NCBI GenBank assembly: GCA_949358305.1
Contig: OX442314.1
Coordinates: 11,098,001 to 11,162,000, forward strand
Length of the DNA: 64,000 bases
Reading direction: 5' to 3'
Source of the DNA: Strigamia acuminata
Taxonomy: Eukaryota
Shown here: positions 1 to 13,795 of the stretch, piece by piece
Numbering within the stretch: the first letter of the stretch is position 1
Layout of the letters: every line of letters starts with the position of its first letter
The notes under the pieces: generated by a model
Told to the model about the DNA's origin: nothing
Seen by the model: only the letters and a program-made list of their open reading frames with translations
Databases searched by the model: none
Made by a program: the position numbers and the translations under genes

Positions 1-609
1 TCAAATTTCGATCTTCAAATAGTCCAATGTCAATAGCATTACGAAGAGTGCCGTTGTCACAAAATTCCATCTAAATGTAAAAAAAATATTTAAACTACCG
101 GGTAAATAAAATTTACAATATTTTCACTACGTGTAAGTAATTGATTTTAGTTAATTTGTGGCCTTCAGTATTCATTTGTGGAAGAATTCCATCTACACGT
201 ATAAAATATTTAAACTGTTTAAAATGTACAATATTTTTAATACCCGTAAATATAATTTGGAGCCCTTAGCTTCATCATTATTAGACACAGATTGAGGCCA
301 ATCCTTATTAAAATATCTGCCATGAATAAATAAAAATTATATAATATGTACATTTTCACGTTTCATTAACTTAGTAGTTTACCTCACAACAAACTTAAAG
401 TCCAAACGAGATAAACGCTGTATGTATTCATTAACTTGCTTTTGCTTACTCTGCTCGTCGTGTAGGATGTTAAAAGTCTTTACAACATACAATTTTCCAT
501 CCACATTGTGACGAGCCTTTATAACTTTACCAAAAGCACCTTCTTTAAGCACAAGTTCTTCTTTAAAATTATCCATCGGTGTATCTAAGCGTTTCCTTGG
601 TGGTGTCAT
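1..609 (-). CDS. eIF2-alpha kinase (GCN2-like) N-lobe, multi-exon, runs off the window start
   Basis: Exons ~609-383 (FKEELVLKEGAFGKVIKARHNVDGKLYVVK...LSRLDFKFVVR), ~316-244 (YFNKDW...KLYLR) and 70-1 (MEFCDNGTLRNAIDIGLFEDRNL) join in frame at GT-AG sites. They resemble GCN2 GxGAFGxVxKxxNxLDGxxYAVK and YIQMEYCEKSTLRDTID. Confidence 0.7.
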
Positions 610-1629
610 ATCACGAGTTTCAACTGTTTAGTAAAAAAAACATGACAACACGACACTGAAAAAGTAAATAATATCAGGAGTCAATGAATATACCCAGATT
701 AACCCACAAATACGACACTAAATGGGAAAACTGCAATATCGCAGTGATCATATTAAGCAGTTAAGCTCAACCTGAAATGCTGCTAAACTGTTTGTCAAAT
801 TCTTCCGTTAGTATTACTATTTTTTTTTATCTTAAACTTAAATTATTCCACGCATTATAAACCATTGTTTTGGCAAAATCGAAACTTTTACTAAGTGTCG
901 CACTTGTGGCTTTTTCAATTTCATTTTCTCCTTCTAGTCTTCGCTAGTTGAATTATTCTTATTCCAAATTTTATTTTTGTTGTACCGGTAGTTACTGTTC
1001 CATCAGATTTGGTGGATTTTGAGTCTACAACGCAATGTATTATTATATTAAAATAAATATCGTAAATTATCGAGAAAAAGTTTGTGCCGACAACCTTCTT
1101 CTGCCATACGTCTCTCAAATCTTGATGATCCTGAAAGTGTTGGGTCGATGAAATTAAGTTCAATCCAGACGAAGTATACAGGTGTCTATTTCTTCACAAG
1201 TTCACAATTAGAATAGCTGACGCAATAGATGATTCGAGAAAAGACGATACGAGACACTACAGCAAGCGTGGGCGGAGAAAAATGACCCTAGTGAAGAACA
1301 GCAGAATTAATTACACAGAAAAATCCAATTCCGTCGTGATGACATCACATCCACTCGAAAATGCGATTTTACTATTATTGTTTTGTATAGCTGATTAATC
1401 AGCCCAAGCCACAGATCGTAATAAGCCGCGACCAGTAACGCCGCGGGATTGGTCAAAATCTTACACGAGCCAGACTCGACTAATCGTTAACTGGGAAATG
1501 TCCCTAAAGATGAAAACCTAGTGACGTATTTAAATGTCAATTACAAGCAGTGATAAGCAGAAAATAATACGTTTATTTGTTAACTCTTACTTAGACTCCA
1601 TGTTTGCACGTGGTTTAAACCAAGTTGAA

Positions 1630-2067
1630 ATGGATTCCACACCATCTTCCACGAACCAAAATGTAGAAAAAAGAGAGAAATTCATATACGACCCTGCAGA
1701 GTACAGCTTGAGAAAACGTTTACCGAGGAAAATGCCGAGAGACAAAAATGACATTTACGTAACACGTAAAACCGATTTCAAAGTGCAATTAAAACGATGC
1801 CAAAAATTACTCGACGAAGGCGAATCCGCCGTGTTTATCCACGGACTCGGTGCAGCAATCGGCCGCGCCATCACCTTATCCGAACAATTGAAAACGTTCT
1901 ACGGCGACACAATCGAAGCCGAGGCCAACACGTCGACGGTGGAAGTGGTGGACGACTACGAACCGGAGAACGAAGACTTCAAAACATTTAGTCAGACGAG
2001 AAATGCTTCTGCGATCCACATCAGAGTGTTTAAAACTGTAAACATGCCTGCAGTATCGTCCACGTGA
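1630..2067 (+). CDS. POP7: Ribonuclease P/MRP subunit p20 (Alba-like), intronless
   Basis: LRKRLP...NDIYVTRKTDFKVQLKRCQKLLD...IHGLGAAIGRAI...ANTSTVEVVDDYEP...RNASAIHIRV matches Rpp20. The start could be the ATG at 1534, 1600 or 1630. Confidence 0.93.
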   Translation: MDSTPSSTNQNVEKREKFIYDPAEYSLRKRLPRKMPRDKNDIYVTRKTDFKVQLKRCQKLLDEGESAVFIHGLGAAIGRAITLSEQLKTFYGDTIEAEANTSTVEVVDDYEPENEDFKTFSQTRNASAIHIRVFKTVNMPAVSST

Positions 2068-2274
2068 TAAAATCCCAGCGACAAATTTGTCATTTATTTA
2101 TGTTTGAATAAACCCCCCATGCAAATTAATTAATTGTAATGGGTTTACCCGAAACCCAAAGGTATAAATTCGGTTGCGAGAATAAAATTAGTGGATTTAG
2201 TGGCTCCAGAGTCAACCGAGTTTTCATTTCGTGTTGTATTAATCAACTAATAATACTAGGTGTTAATTACTAAC

Positions 2275-5200
2275 ATGTTTTTGCTAAGTAGGTTGAATTT
2301 TTTCATGTTTTATATTTATTTTTGCAATTTAGATCAATTTTTTTATTATTATTTTTTAGAATTTCTAATATTCTTCGTCGTTATTTCTTCAACTAACTTA
2401 ATCCGTGGAGAAATTGGAATAGAAAAAGAGAATATTACGGTAATTTAATTTAATTCAATTTAATTTAGACGTTTAAATTTTTTTTTTGTTTAGGCCTCGA
2501 TGAGGGATATGTTAGAACTTGTGAAGACTCGGCTGAACCAACCGTTAATTCCTGACGGAATTTCTACCGAGGTTGCGCAAATTCCTTACGATACTAACGT
2601 TTGGGACGATTCGCCACGAGATTTTTACCATCCTTACTCATTTAACGTTTATGCCGGACACAAAACGGGTGAAATTTTGACTTTATCTCGTAATTTACTT
2701 TATATTAATGTTAAATATTTACAGAATTATATATAAGTATGCTCTACGAAGATAATTACGCACGATTTGGGCACCAAAAAGCACAAGATATGCTGTTAAT
2801 TAGTCAATTTGGGACTAAAATCTTGGTTGCTGCAACGACAAATAACATTTTCGTTAGAGGAATTTTTCCAACGACTTTTTTTAGCGGTTTGTATTTATAT
2901 TTTACTATCTAAATCTGTATTTATTTTAATTTTTCTTTTAGAATTTAACATTCCAAATGTGATAAGCTTGGACCACTTCATTTATACGAACTCCAAAACG
3001 GGTCAGAACGAAATCTATTTAATATTTCTGCAAAATGTCGAGCATTTTCAAAGCATTTTAGTGTTCAAATTCGATATTGAAACCCCAAATTTGGTAAGAA
3101 AAGGTTTAATTCATGAACTATGTCGAAATAAGTTTGATTTAAATTTTAGGAACATAAATTTACGTTACAAATTCAACCATACGTGGTTAAAATTCGTGTC
3201 ATTTCCATCCCAACTGCTAAAAAGAACATTGTGTTTGCCGTTCGATACGACGACGCTCAAAGAATGACTGGCTGCTCGTCGCATTTATATGAAGTGATGT
3301 TTCGAGGTAATTAAATAAAAAATAAGTCAAATATTTCCATTTTTTATTTTTATTTTTTTATTTCAAGGACCCAATTTGGATTTGTCGAGTTTACAAAATT
3401 TAAGAACTTCGGGAGCAGTCGATGCCGAGTCTTTTACCATCAACGGTGTGACTTATCTCGCCGTGGCTAATAGTTTTTGCCTTTATTCCGACGTGTTCGT
3501 GTTCGACGTCGATGTCAACGGCTTTTATTTATATCAAAGGTCAGTATTTGCGTTTTGAATTTCGAAAATAATTTAATTTCTATTTGTAGACTCGCGCTGC
3601 ATAACGCCACCGATTTCCATTACTTCCAATTGGGATTTAGACACTTCGTTGCGGCGATTGGACTCGTGGATGCGGTTATTTTCGAGTGGATAGTTGATGG
3701 TTTGGTCGCGTTGCAGTATTTTCCAGCTCGTTCGACGACGGTTAGACAATGGCGGAGTCTTCAGTTGCCTTGGCAGGATGAAGCCGTTGTTTTATTAGTC
3801 GATTCACCTGAAATTCAGATAATAAAATGGTCTAAATTGCGAGCCGAATTCGTTATTGAGACCAAACCAAGTATGCAATTTATTAATGTTATCAATCGAT
3901 CGATTTTTATAATTATTAATTTTTTTTAAATTTCATATGTTTAGTTTGTACTAATTTTTTAAAAATCCCAAATTTGATGCGAATTGGAACCCAAAAAGCG
4001 AATTATTTATCTGACGATTTGAATATGGCTAAACAGGATTGCATTAAGTCGAGAGAGGCTTGTGTTGGTGTGAGCCAAATAGAAGAAAATGGTCGAATCA
4101 AATATCTACATGAAGCTGTCCCGAATTTAATTCCAGTCCAACATGGTGGCCATGATTTTTGGTTCAAAACTTATGGAGTCGGTAAATTAATTTAATTTTT
4201 TATTTTATTTTTCGTTAAAAACTTTTTTGTTTGTAGGATTTTCATGTTTAATCGAGACTAACCAAATTATAACACCGAATGTTTTAACGTATTCTCACGA
4301 AGGTTTGGTTTACGTAATTGCGCCTTTTCTAACTGAAACTAGAACGTTCGTTTTCGCACTCCACCCTGCGCATATACGCGATTGGTCGTCGCCGACGAGT
4401 GCTTTGCATCATTTAACACATGGCCAGGTATAAAAAGGGTTAAATAAATTTTAATTTGATTAAATGATTTCATTTCTTTAATTTCAGGAGACATTGTCTA
4501 TTTTGGAGGTAAAATTAGATCAGCAGTATAATAAACCGATTCCAGAAAACATCGTGACTGAAATGACCGAACAAACGATAAATCAACATACGACTTTTAA
4601 TACACTCACGGCATTCGAGCGGATATCGACGGATGTTTTCAACTTTACAGTACAAGATGGCAAACCGAATTTGGGTGTTTGGGATGAAAGATTTAAAATA
4701 CTTAATGAAAAAATTGAAAAATTTCTAAAATTCCTTCGCGGTATGTTATTTTTATTGATTTGATTTATCCTTATTGTAAAAATGTCTCTTACAGATGCAA
4801 TTGATTTGCGAAATCCGATCGTTAACATCCCAAACTACATCTATTTCACGGAATTGGACGTCCAGGAAAAAGTGATTTCGATAGAAAAAGCCATTGTAAA
4901 TCGCATCAATCACATCCCACTCGTTAATTTCATGAATTCCGCAGTCACGTGAGTGTAAAAAACGAAATTATCCCAAAAAGAATTTGAAATTAATTAATCT
5001 GTACAGATGGGATCAAAGGGAGCCAATTTACGGTAAGAAAATCTTCATCAGACCCGTGGCTCACTTCGGCAACATCCAAGTTACGAATTTGATCGCCGGC
5101 CATCGTTTTCCGGACGATATTTTGACGACATCAACGAAACAAACGCTTGATGGTACACCGTTTAATTTCCTGTGTACATTTCTTAATTTTACTAATGTTT

Positions 5201-8200
5201 TATTCACATTTTGACAGGCGAATGGTATTTCAATGACGTCGTTGAAATCGATCAGATTGACACCGAGGTTTTAAACGGAATCAACATGACTCAAATAGTT
5301 TCATCGCTCCACTTCGAGGATACGGGTAGAATTCATATTAATACTGAATATCACTCGATGTTAATTATTTGTGTGATTAGTTATTCAGCAAGCACCCAAG
5401 CGTTTCACGGACCGCGTGGAAATTCATGGCGACATCATAGTCGATAGAATCGACGGAATCGACTTGCAGGAGTTGGCCAAACACGCAGTTACGAGAAGCG
5501 GAAACCAAATAATTACCGGGAAAAAGACTTTCATGAAGGTGATGTTTTTATTTTTAAACTGAAAATGTTTTTAACGCAATTTTTTTTTTCTCAGAATCTG
5601 ATCGTGACGCGCGACCTCAACGTTGCAGAAACCGTGAACGGGTTCGATATCCCACGTCTGAACTCTGAAATCGTGAAACCCGATCAACCAGCGGTCATTA
5701 CGGCGCCGAAAATATTCTCCCAGACAGTTTTTGCTAGGAAAAACGTGCACGTTCATGGCGTTGTTAACCAGCAAAGATTTCCCGGCGATTTCGTAATCCA
5801 AAATTCAAACGTTTCCATCACGGCCGTGAAGGAATTTTCCGCACCGCTCGTTTTAAATGGCGATTTGAGTGTTTCCGGTAACGAATTTCGCTTTTTCACT
5901 TTTTTTTTGTTTTTATTACATCCTAAAATACATTTAATTAATATCAGGTTTACTGAATGGAATTCCGGTCGAATCTGCTATCACTTTACACACGACTCAA
6001 CACATTCCCGGCACTAAAATATTTCAGGACAGAACTGACGTAGAAAACCTGCAAGTACGGAGCCATTTCAATTCAATATAGATTTGTTTTAAATTAAAAA
6101 TCAATTAATTTAGGTTGGTGGAACTATTGACGAAATGACTATGAAGGAACTAGTTGAAATCGCTACGAACGGCAGGAGATTGCCAGTTGCGACCAACCAT
6201 TATCTTTCACTGGATATTAGCGGCGATTTGGAAGGTGTTCGCTTTATTAACGGAATTTCCATCGAGGATTTACTGGCGGATGCTGTATTTAAGGTATTTA
6301 AATTCGGAAAAATAAGCTTCAAATCGGTTATTTCAATGTATTTAATTCCAGAGGGATAAAAACGTGATTTTCACCGAAGAAAAACGCTTCTTAAAATCGA
6401 CCGTGATTAAGGGACAGGTTAAAAATTTAACAATCGTCAACAGTTTGAACCTGCAAACCGATTTCTTGGATCTCCAACGTCCCCAGGACGTGATCGGTAA
6501 GAATTTAAAGTTTTTATTTGATACAAATTTTTTTTTTTTATTTTTTAATTTTAGGGCGTAAAACGTTCACTCGGAAAACTGAATTTCAGGATTTAGAGGT
6601 CGACGGATTTATCGACGGAGTGAATTTAACGCAATTTAAAGAAACCGCCGTTACTTTAAACACTACTCAAGAGATTCGCGGAGTCCTTCATTTTGTTGAC
6701 GGTTTTACCGTTCGTTCGCTCCACGTCGACGATACCGTTGATGGTGTGCACATTCCGAGAGATGTTCTGCTTAGAAACGAATCAAAGGTGCGAAAAAGAT
6801 GCAAATTTAACCCTAAACATCCGAATTTATTCATTTTTTTTCCTAGGTAATTAATTCGTCGAAAACATTTCTGCACGGAATTCACAGCAAAATCCTAACG
6901 ACCAATAATTTGCAATTTGACGGTCGGATTAATTCGTTCGAATGGACGAAATTTGTCGACGATCGTGTCACACTGTCGACCCGTAAGATAAACATTTTGG
7001 CAATTTTTCGGTCTAATATTTAGTTATTTTTTTGAATTTAATTTCAGCTCAAGATATTTTCTCCACAATCACCTTCTTGGACCAAGTGAAAATCGTCGAA
7101 AATTTACAAATTAACAACAAAATCAACGACGTCGACGTGACTAAATTAACTAAAGACGCCATGATGAAGTCCAAACCCCAAATCGTGACTGGAATCAAAA
7201 CAATTTCAGGTTTTGTCCACAAATTTATCGTAAATTTACAAAAACGCTCATTTTTTTTATTTATTTAGGCGAAGTAACGGCCGAACAGATATTCACCGGT
7301 TCCTTCGGCGTAATATCTAATGTTAATTTGACCCAACTCGATACGTTGATCATCAGAATCCACGACAACAGCATTGACGAAAAACTCCACTTTGACGAAA
7401 TCGAGGTTAAAGAAAGGACGATTCTCGAGGGAAAAATCAACGGAAAGGATCTGCACGAAATAATAGACGATTCGGTGTTGAAAACGAGCGAAACGGTTCA
7501 ACACATCACGGGCGTCAAAATATTTTCCGAGACGGTTACGATCAATGGAGATTTATTAGTGGTCACTGTGAATGGTTTAGATCCCTTAACCGACTTTTTA
7601 TTGAGGTCGACACCGCAAACGATCCCAGGATCCTTCGATTTAAAGACCGTTACGGTAGAATCGGACGTGACCATCGACGGAACGATTAATGGAATCGATT
7701 TAATCAAATTTGAGAAAGAAGTGATGAAGATAAACGAGGACATCACGGTGTCGACCTTGGTTGTGGAGAATGATTTAGTCGTTGAAAATGATTTGCTAAT
7801 TACTGAAACCATCAACGAAATCGATTTAAGCGATTTAATCGATAATTCGGTGTCTAAAAATGGCGATCATCGCATCGAATCGTTCAAAGAATTTGTTGGA
7901 ACTCTGCAAGTCTATGGAAATGTGACTGTTGAAGGGACCGTCAATGGAATTAGATTGAAGGATTTTATTAGAGATATTGTTTACGTCAACCAAGCGCAAG
8001 TAATTTAGTTTTCCATACGATGGATTTGGTTTTTTTAATTTTTAATTTTTCGCAGACGATCACGGGAATTAAAACCTTCACGTCGGGAATTGAAACGAGC
8101 GGAAGCGTGAAAATCGCAGGAAATTTAACCGTTCGTGGGACCGTCAACTCGATAGATTTAAATCATCTTTTAACGTCCACGTTTTACCCGAACGTACCGC

Positions 8201-10303
8201 ACTTTGTAACCGGCGAGAAAATATTCGACAGACCGATTATTATCGACGATAAAGTCGTGTTTAAAACGACGGTTAATCGGATTAAATTACCGATCGATGT
8301 CGTGCTTAAAAATGGTAACAAACGATGAAATTTTAACTTAAATTTTCCTAAATTTTTTTTTTTTTTTAAATTTATAGGCAACCAACCCATTTCCGGAACC
8401 AAAAAATTCGAGCACATAATTGTGCGAGGCAATTTAAAAGCTCAAAGGGTTAACGGTTACATATTGGACGATCTCTACCACGATACAGTGTTTATGGCGA
8501 ACCGCAAGCCGATAACCGGCGTTAAAATACTTAAAAAGAAAACTACGTTCAAAAATAAAGTCACCGTGCTGGGACATGTGTGCGGATACGATTTCGGTAC
8601 AAACGTAATGACCGTAGATGCACCTCAAACGATAATTGGTTTGTTTTTCGTTTCTAAAATTGTTAGAATTTATTACAATTTTTTTGTTTAACAGGCGTTA
8701 AAACGTTCCACCACATGGCAATTATTGGAAACGTTAATATTCTGCACTTAAACGGGCATTTATTCAACGTTTCCGACACTTTGTGGACGACTTTGCAGGG
8801 CCCTATCGTGGCTCGGCACAAGTTTTTTGGGGTTACGCAGTTCTCGAGTTTGCAGCGCGAAGTGGATTCGAATTTGGTTTTGCCGCCCGTTGCGACCGAA
8901 ATGCACGAGTTGAACCAATCCATAATTAAATTGAAGTTGAGGACTAACGAGGCGATGGAAGTGTGCGAAGTGCTCGAAAAGTTAGGGGAACCGTGGATCC
9001 AGGCTCCCGAGAAATTGGTTCAATTTGAGTTTGCGCACACGACGGATCTGATAGGAGATGGGCGGTTTGAAATAGTTCAAGATTCGCACGGAGTTTATTT
9101 GATTTTGATGACCCACAACGAGCCTTGCGAGCCACACGACGTGTATTTGTTGAACCCGGAAATGCGATTTAGGAAAATCCAAAGTAAAAAATATAATTAC
9201 AATGAAATTTCGCGTTAAAATTTTCATAATTTCGATAATTTCTAACAGATGAAGTCGCCAGAGGACGTTTAGTGCGATGGAAACCGTTTGTACACAACAA
9301 CCAGCAATTTGTAGTGTCCGCACGACCGGCGCCATCGTGTGGTAAAATTTATAATTAAAGAAACAAATTTTGAGCTTTAAATATTAAATTTATTGAGTTT
9401 TTTTCTTTTCTTTTAGGAACACCCAGTCGGATCTTGAGATTAAACAAATTAACATCGACTTTCGAACACTACTGCACGTTAGAAGAACTCCGGTTTTCGG
9501 AAGTTGCAATATTACATTACGGAAAAACGTTATTCGTCGCAACTATCCCACAATTTAACATTTTCGACGTGCAGCTCGATAATTCGTCTCCAGTTTGCAA
9601 AGTCACAACTCACCGTAATTACACAAAAGGTAAATTAATTTTAGAAATATAAAAATAACGTTTTAAATAACATTTGTTGAAATTTTAGAAGGAAATCTAT
9701 TGATCGCTCTCGAATTGCACGAAATGTTTGTCATCGGGGACCCAGACGGGATCCATTTTGTCGACCCAAGATCCGATCTGAAGTTCCATGTCCCAATCAG
9801 AAGCATCCAACATCTCATTTCGGCCGTATCGAACGGAAAAGAATTCCTAATCATCGGAAAAATAATTCCTGAGACCAATTCCCACATAGTTCAAGTAAAA
9901 TATACAAACACCAAACGTAATTCGGTCCAATTTTCAATTATTTCTTCCCTTCTAGGTGTACGAATTGGAGTTAACGAAAAACAGGGTCACTTTATTGAAA
10001 CAAACCGCACCTACGGACAGACCGATACTCGATATTAAGTGGTTCACGTGGGGCCCCGATAGAGAAGTGTTTATCGCGGTTTTGTATAAGAAAATGGGCG
10101 TTTCTATCACGAAACTCGAAGGTTACGAAGCATTTGATAAAATTAATTTACCGGTGACTTCTGCCGAGCGTCTAAATGTATTTATTTGGGAGAAACGTCC
10201 TTACCTTATGCTCAGTCCTGTCGGAAGAAAGCGGGAGATTGGCATTTTCTCTGGAATTATAAAAGGAATTAATGTTGAGTTAAACGCGACATGCTCTCCG
10301 TGA
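2275..10303 (+). CDS. Large secreted Closca-like protein with EAR/EPTP-like repeats and a long beta-rich repeat region (many short introns)
   Basis: Signal-peptide-like start (MFLL|KFLIFFVVISSTNLIRG). EAR-like segment QNLRTSGAVDAESFTINGVTYLAVAN. About 15 repeats of the type QxIxGxKxF...(V/I)NG lie between 5000 and 8750. The final exon ends NATCSP* at 10303. The Closca assignment comes from recalled architecture, not an alignment. Confidence 0.6.
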
Positions 10304-10553
10304 TTTTGATAGTTTAACTCTTTAATTATTATATTTACTAATCCTCGTTGTTTATTTCTTTACTAATACTTTGTTATTTTTATATATAATGTAAAAAATG
10401 TAAAAAAAAATTTATTTACTAATTTAGTTGCTAATGCTAACGATTTTCTACTAAAAAAATTTATTCTACTTAATATAACCTTTCTAATATTTTGAGATTT
10501 AGGAATTTAATAAATTGAATTTATCGAGCTTAAAACGCGTACATTTGTTTTAC

Positions 10554-12799
10554 TTAATGGAATCCGGCTGGGACGAAATTTGGATTGCATTCCTTGAGCA
10601 CTGATGGAAACATTGAAAAGAATTTGAATCTTTTACCCATTTCTTCGGGATTCGTTAGTTTCTTGTAGGCTAGAATTAATTCTTGCGAGTTTTTCGGGCT
10701 GGATCGCAGTAATTTCTTGATAAAAGGAAAAAAATTGGTTACAAATTGATTCGTTTGGCTGTTATGTACAATACCTCCAATCTGGCTTCGATTTCCATGT
10801 TTTTTAAAAACTCTTCTTGCGTGATCGGTCCGAATGTTATCGCTAAAAGTTGATAAATTGGTAAATTTGTAATTTTTAAATTTGAATTTTCAATCGACCT
10901 CTCGGCTGAACGTTTTGTCTTATGTAGGAAAAATCAACATCGGCAGTCAGATCTGCTGTTCCGGGTTCGCACAGTGGGTCGTGAAGTTTGTGCTGCTTAA
11001 ACGCCTAGAAAGTTTGTGTTAATAAGTTATTTATTTATGAAAATGTGTTTATTTTTTTAAAGTAACTCTAAATGTGTCGGTTTTCGTTCCATCGTGACCG
11101 TAATCGACGAATAAACCAAATCCGCCATCTCGTTCCATTCGCTCGGCTAAAGATGATGCCAAAATGGCGGCGTCGGTTCCAACTTCTACGTGTTCTCGAG
11201 TTTCGTTTTTCTAATATAAATCGCAATTTGTTAAGAAATGTCAGAAACCAAACAGTTGCAGAGGTTGGACAAGTGTTCTTGCGCATGAGGGCACCTCGTT
11301 AAAAAAAAATGGTTTTTAGATTAGAAAATAGACTTTATAGACGAAAATATAATAAAAATTGCCGTTTATATGCGTAAATATCGCACAAATTCCCGTCTTT
11401 AGACGAAAATATGACAAAAACTCCCGTTTTTAGATGAAAATATCACAATTTCCCGTTTTTAGACGAAAATATCACAATTTCCCGTTTTTAGACGAAAATA
11501 TCACAATTTCCCGTTTTTAGACGAAAATATGACAAAAACTCCCGTTTATAGACGAAAATATCATACAAATTCCCGTTTTTAGACGAAAATATCACAAAAT
11601 TTCCCGTTTTTAGACGAAAATATTACGGATATGTCAATATTAGCTTTCAACTTGAGGTAGCTGCCTCAGTGCACGACCCTTGGTCCCCTCATTCAAAAAT
11701 CTCCATACTGAAACGAGAATCTGGCTATTCGGTGTAGGTCCACGAGACAAAACGTACCGAAAACTATTCGGTTTAGTATCATCAACGTCTATTAAAACCT
11801 CATGCCATGTATTTTGCACTTTCTAAAAATAAAATAGAAATAATAGAAATGATTTAGAATTTTAGTACCAACTAATTTTTAAGTTGCTAACTTGAAATTT
11901 ATGTATCGGAAGCGCATCTAAAAACTCGTGAGCAACGTATATCGTAAATTCTGCAGGCACATCGTCAACATGTGTGTACCAAAATACAGGAATCCCACTT
12001 TTGGTAACATTGCGATTGAAATAACCAACTTCTTCTTGCGACTTTGAATATTTCATATCACTATTCGCGCACAACTTCGTTTCTTGTAATTTCACCAACG
12101 ATGAACTTTGCTCGATGAAATGAATCGAAAAATCGCCAATCATTTCAGAAAACCTTAAAAAAACCTAAAAAAAAATAAAAGAAAGTAAGAAATTGATGAA
12201 AAATGTCGCAAATTTTCACAGAAACTAAAAAAAGAAAATACTCTGCACATATCGTCCATCAGTGTTCCGTTTCCTGGTCCAAATTCGACTATTTGAAGTG
12301 GTTTTGGAGCGCCCAATCTTAACCACTCGTGAACACACCACACAGCAATCAACTGCAAAGTACAAAATAATTTTTTAAAACAAATTTATAATTTTTTTTT
12401 GTATTTTCTGCACCTCGCCAAACATTTGGCTGATTTCTGGTGATGTTATAAAATCGCCCTCGCTTCCTATGACGTCACTTTTGGTCGCATAATAACCCTG
12501 TAGATACAAAAGTATAGAAATTTCGTAATTAATATACAGCTTTTCAAAATAAAATTATTTTTTTTATAATTAATTACACCAATGGGATTCATAAGCGCAT
12601 TTCGCATGTAATCAGCTACAGTGATCGGACCTCTAAGTTTAATTTCTGATTTTAAATATTTTATTATTTTCGTTTCCATGTTGTCGACTGCTGGTATGTT
12701 GCAGTAACGGCGCTCGAGTTTTGGCATTTTCAGTAAATCCACAGCCCGTCTCCAGCTATTCAGACGCGGATAATTTAGTTTAGATGATAATAAATACAT
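10554..12799 (-). CDS. NDUFAF7: Mitochondrial protein arginine methyltransferase NDUFAF7 (MidA)
   Basis: IKLRGPITVADYM, GDFITSPEISQMFGE, VEFGPGNGTLMDD, AHEFLDALPIHKFQ, DYGHDGTKTDTFR, PGTADLTADVDF, MGKRFKF across GT-AG exons. Confidence 0.95.
11330..11625. repeat. ~29-31 bp tandem repeat (TTTAGACGAAAATATCACAATTTCCCGTT) in a NDUFAF7 intron
   Basis: About 9 units seen. Flanked by short inverted sequences ATGAGGGCACC (11285) and GGTCCCCTCAT (~11682). Confidence 0.85.
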
Positions 12800-13465
12800 C
12801 TCAAAGAGTTCTAGGCAATCGGTTGAGAAATTGATGTAAAAATGACGATTCAAATAATATTTACAGCGTCAATCACGATTCAATTCGACGCCATTTTGCT
12901 CGTGCTCCCGACAGCGTGATACCTGATGTAATTTGTTGTATTTTGAAGTATTCCATCGAGTAATTCCAAAAAAGTTCGAGAGAAAGTTTAATTTCCTGTT
13001 AGAATAAATAAAAAAATGGTCTACTTTAAATAAAATAATATAAATAAAAATTCTTTTATTGAACGCAGTATCGTGCGATGTTTAGTATCGAGAACAATGA
13101 CCAGACATGATAAATCGCAAAAACGGTCTAAATTTGGCCAGCTCTAGGAAACTCCGAGCGAAGTCAAGTGGTTTTTGGCAAACTATTACACCTTAATTAC
13201 CCAATTCGGTAAGTATTATCCACTTTTTGTATCTATTACAATCGCACAAGTGTGTTATTTCACATAAACTTATCTCGTTTGCTCGTTATGACAACTTGAG
13301 ATAAAAACACAATTTAGTTTACACTAATTCGTATGAATAATTAATTTTTCATCCGATATCATTCTAGGACGTTGCAAACAACGAAAAACAGATAGCAGAA
13401 GACCGACACACAGGCCACAATTTAGCAAAGATCAAAAAAGAAGAAGAAAAAAGTCGAATTCGGAA

Positions 13466-13795
13466 ATGGAAGGTCAACTTCGTCACATTTTATCTTGGTT
13501 CAAAGATTGGAGCGAAATGCAGAAATCCGATTTCCTAAAAATACTCAACAAGAAATTCTCATCGCCTTGCGACGGTTTATTCGACGCGATCGAGATGCTG
13601 CGCGTGAACGATCGACCGCCAACTCTTTTCCAGTGTCAAATGAAATTGTTCAACGAATGGTTCGATCTGTGGAGCGAGTCCGAACGCGGCGCTTTCATTG
13701 AGAAACTGCGAGAAATCGACGCCACGTTTATTTCCCAGTTTGAGGACGAGATTAACGGACCGCCACATCCGAATCAAGCAATTGAGGTCGTTTAG
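13466..13795 (+). CDS. C14orf119-like (DUF4508) small protein
   Basis: ILSWFKDWSEMQKSDFL...DRPPTLFQCQMKLFNEWFDLWSESERGAFIEKLREID. A 5' UTR intron runs from GTAAGT (13209) to AG (13368). Divergent from NDUFAF7. Confidence 0.85.
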   Translation: MEGQLRHILSWFKDWSEMQKSDFLKILNKKFSSPCDGLFDAIEMLRVNDRPPTLFQCQMKLFNEWFDLWSESERGAFIEKLREIDATFISQFEDEINGPPHPNQAIEVV

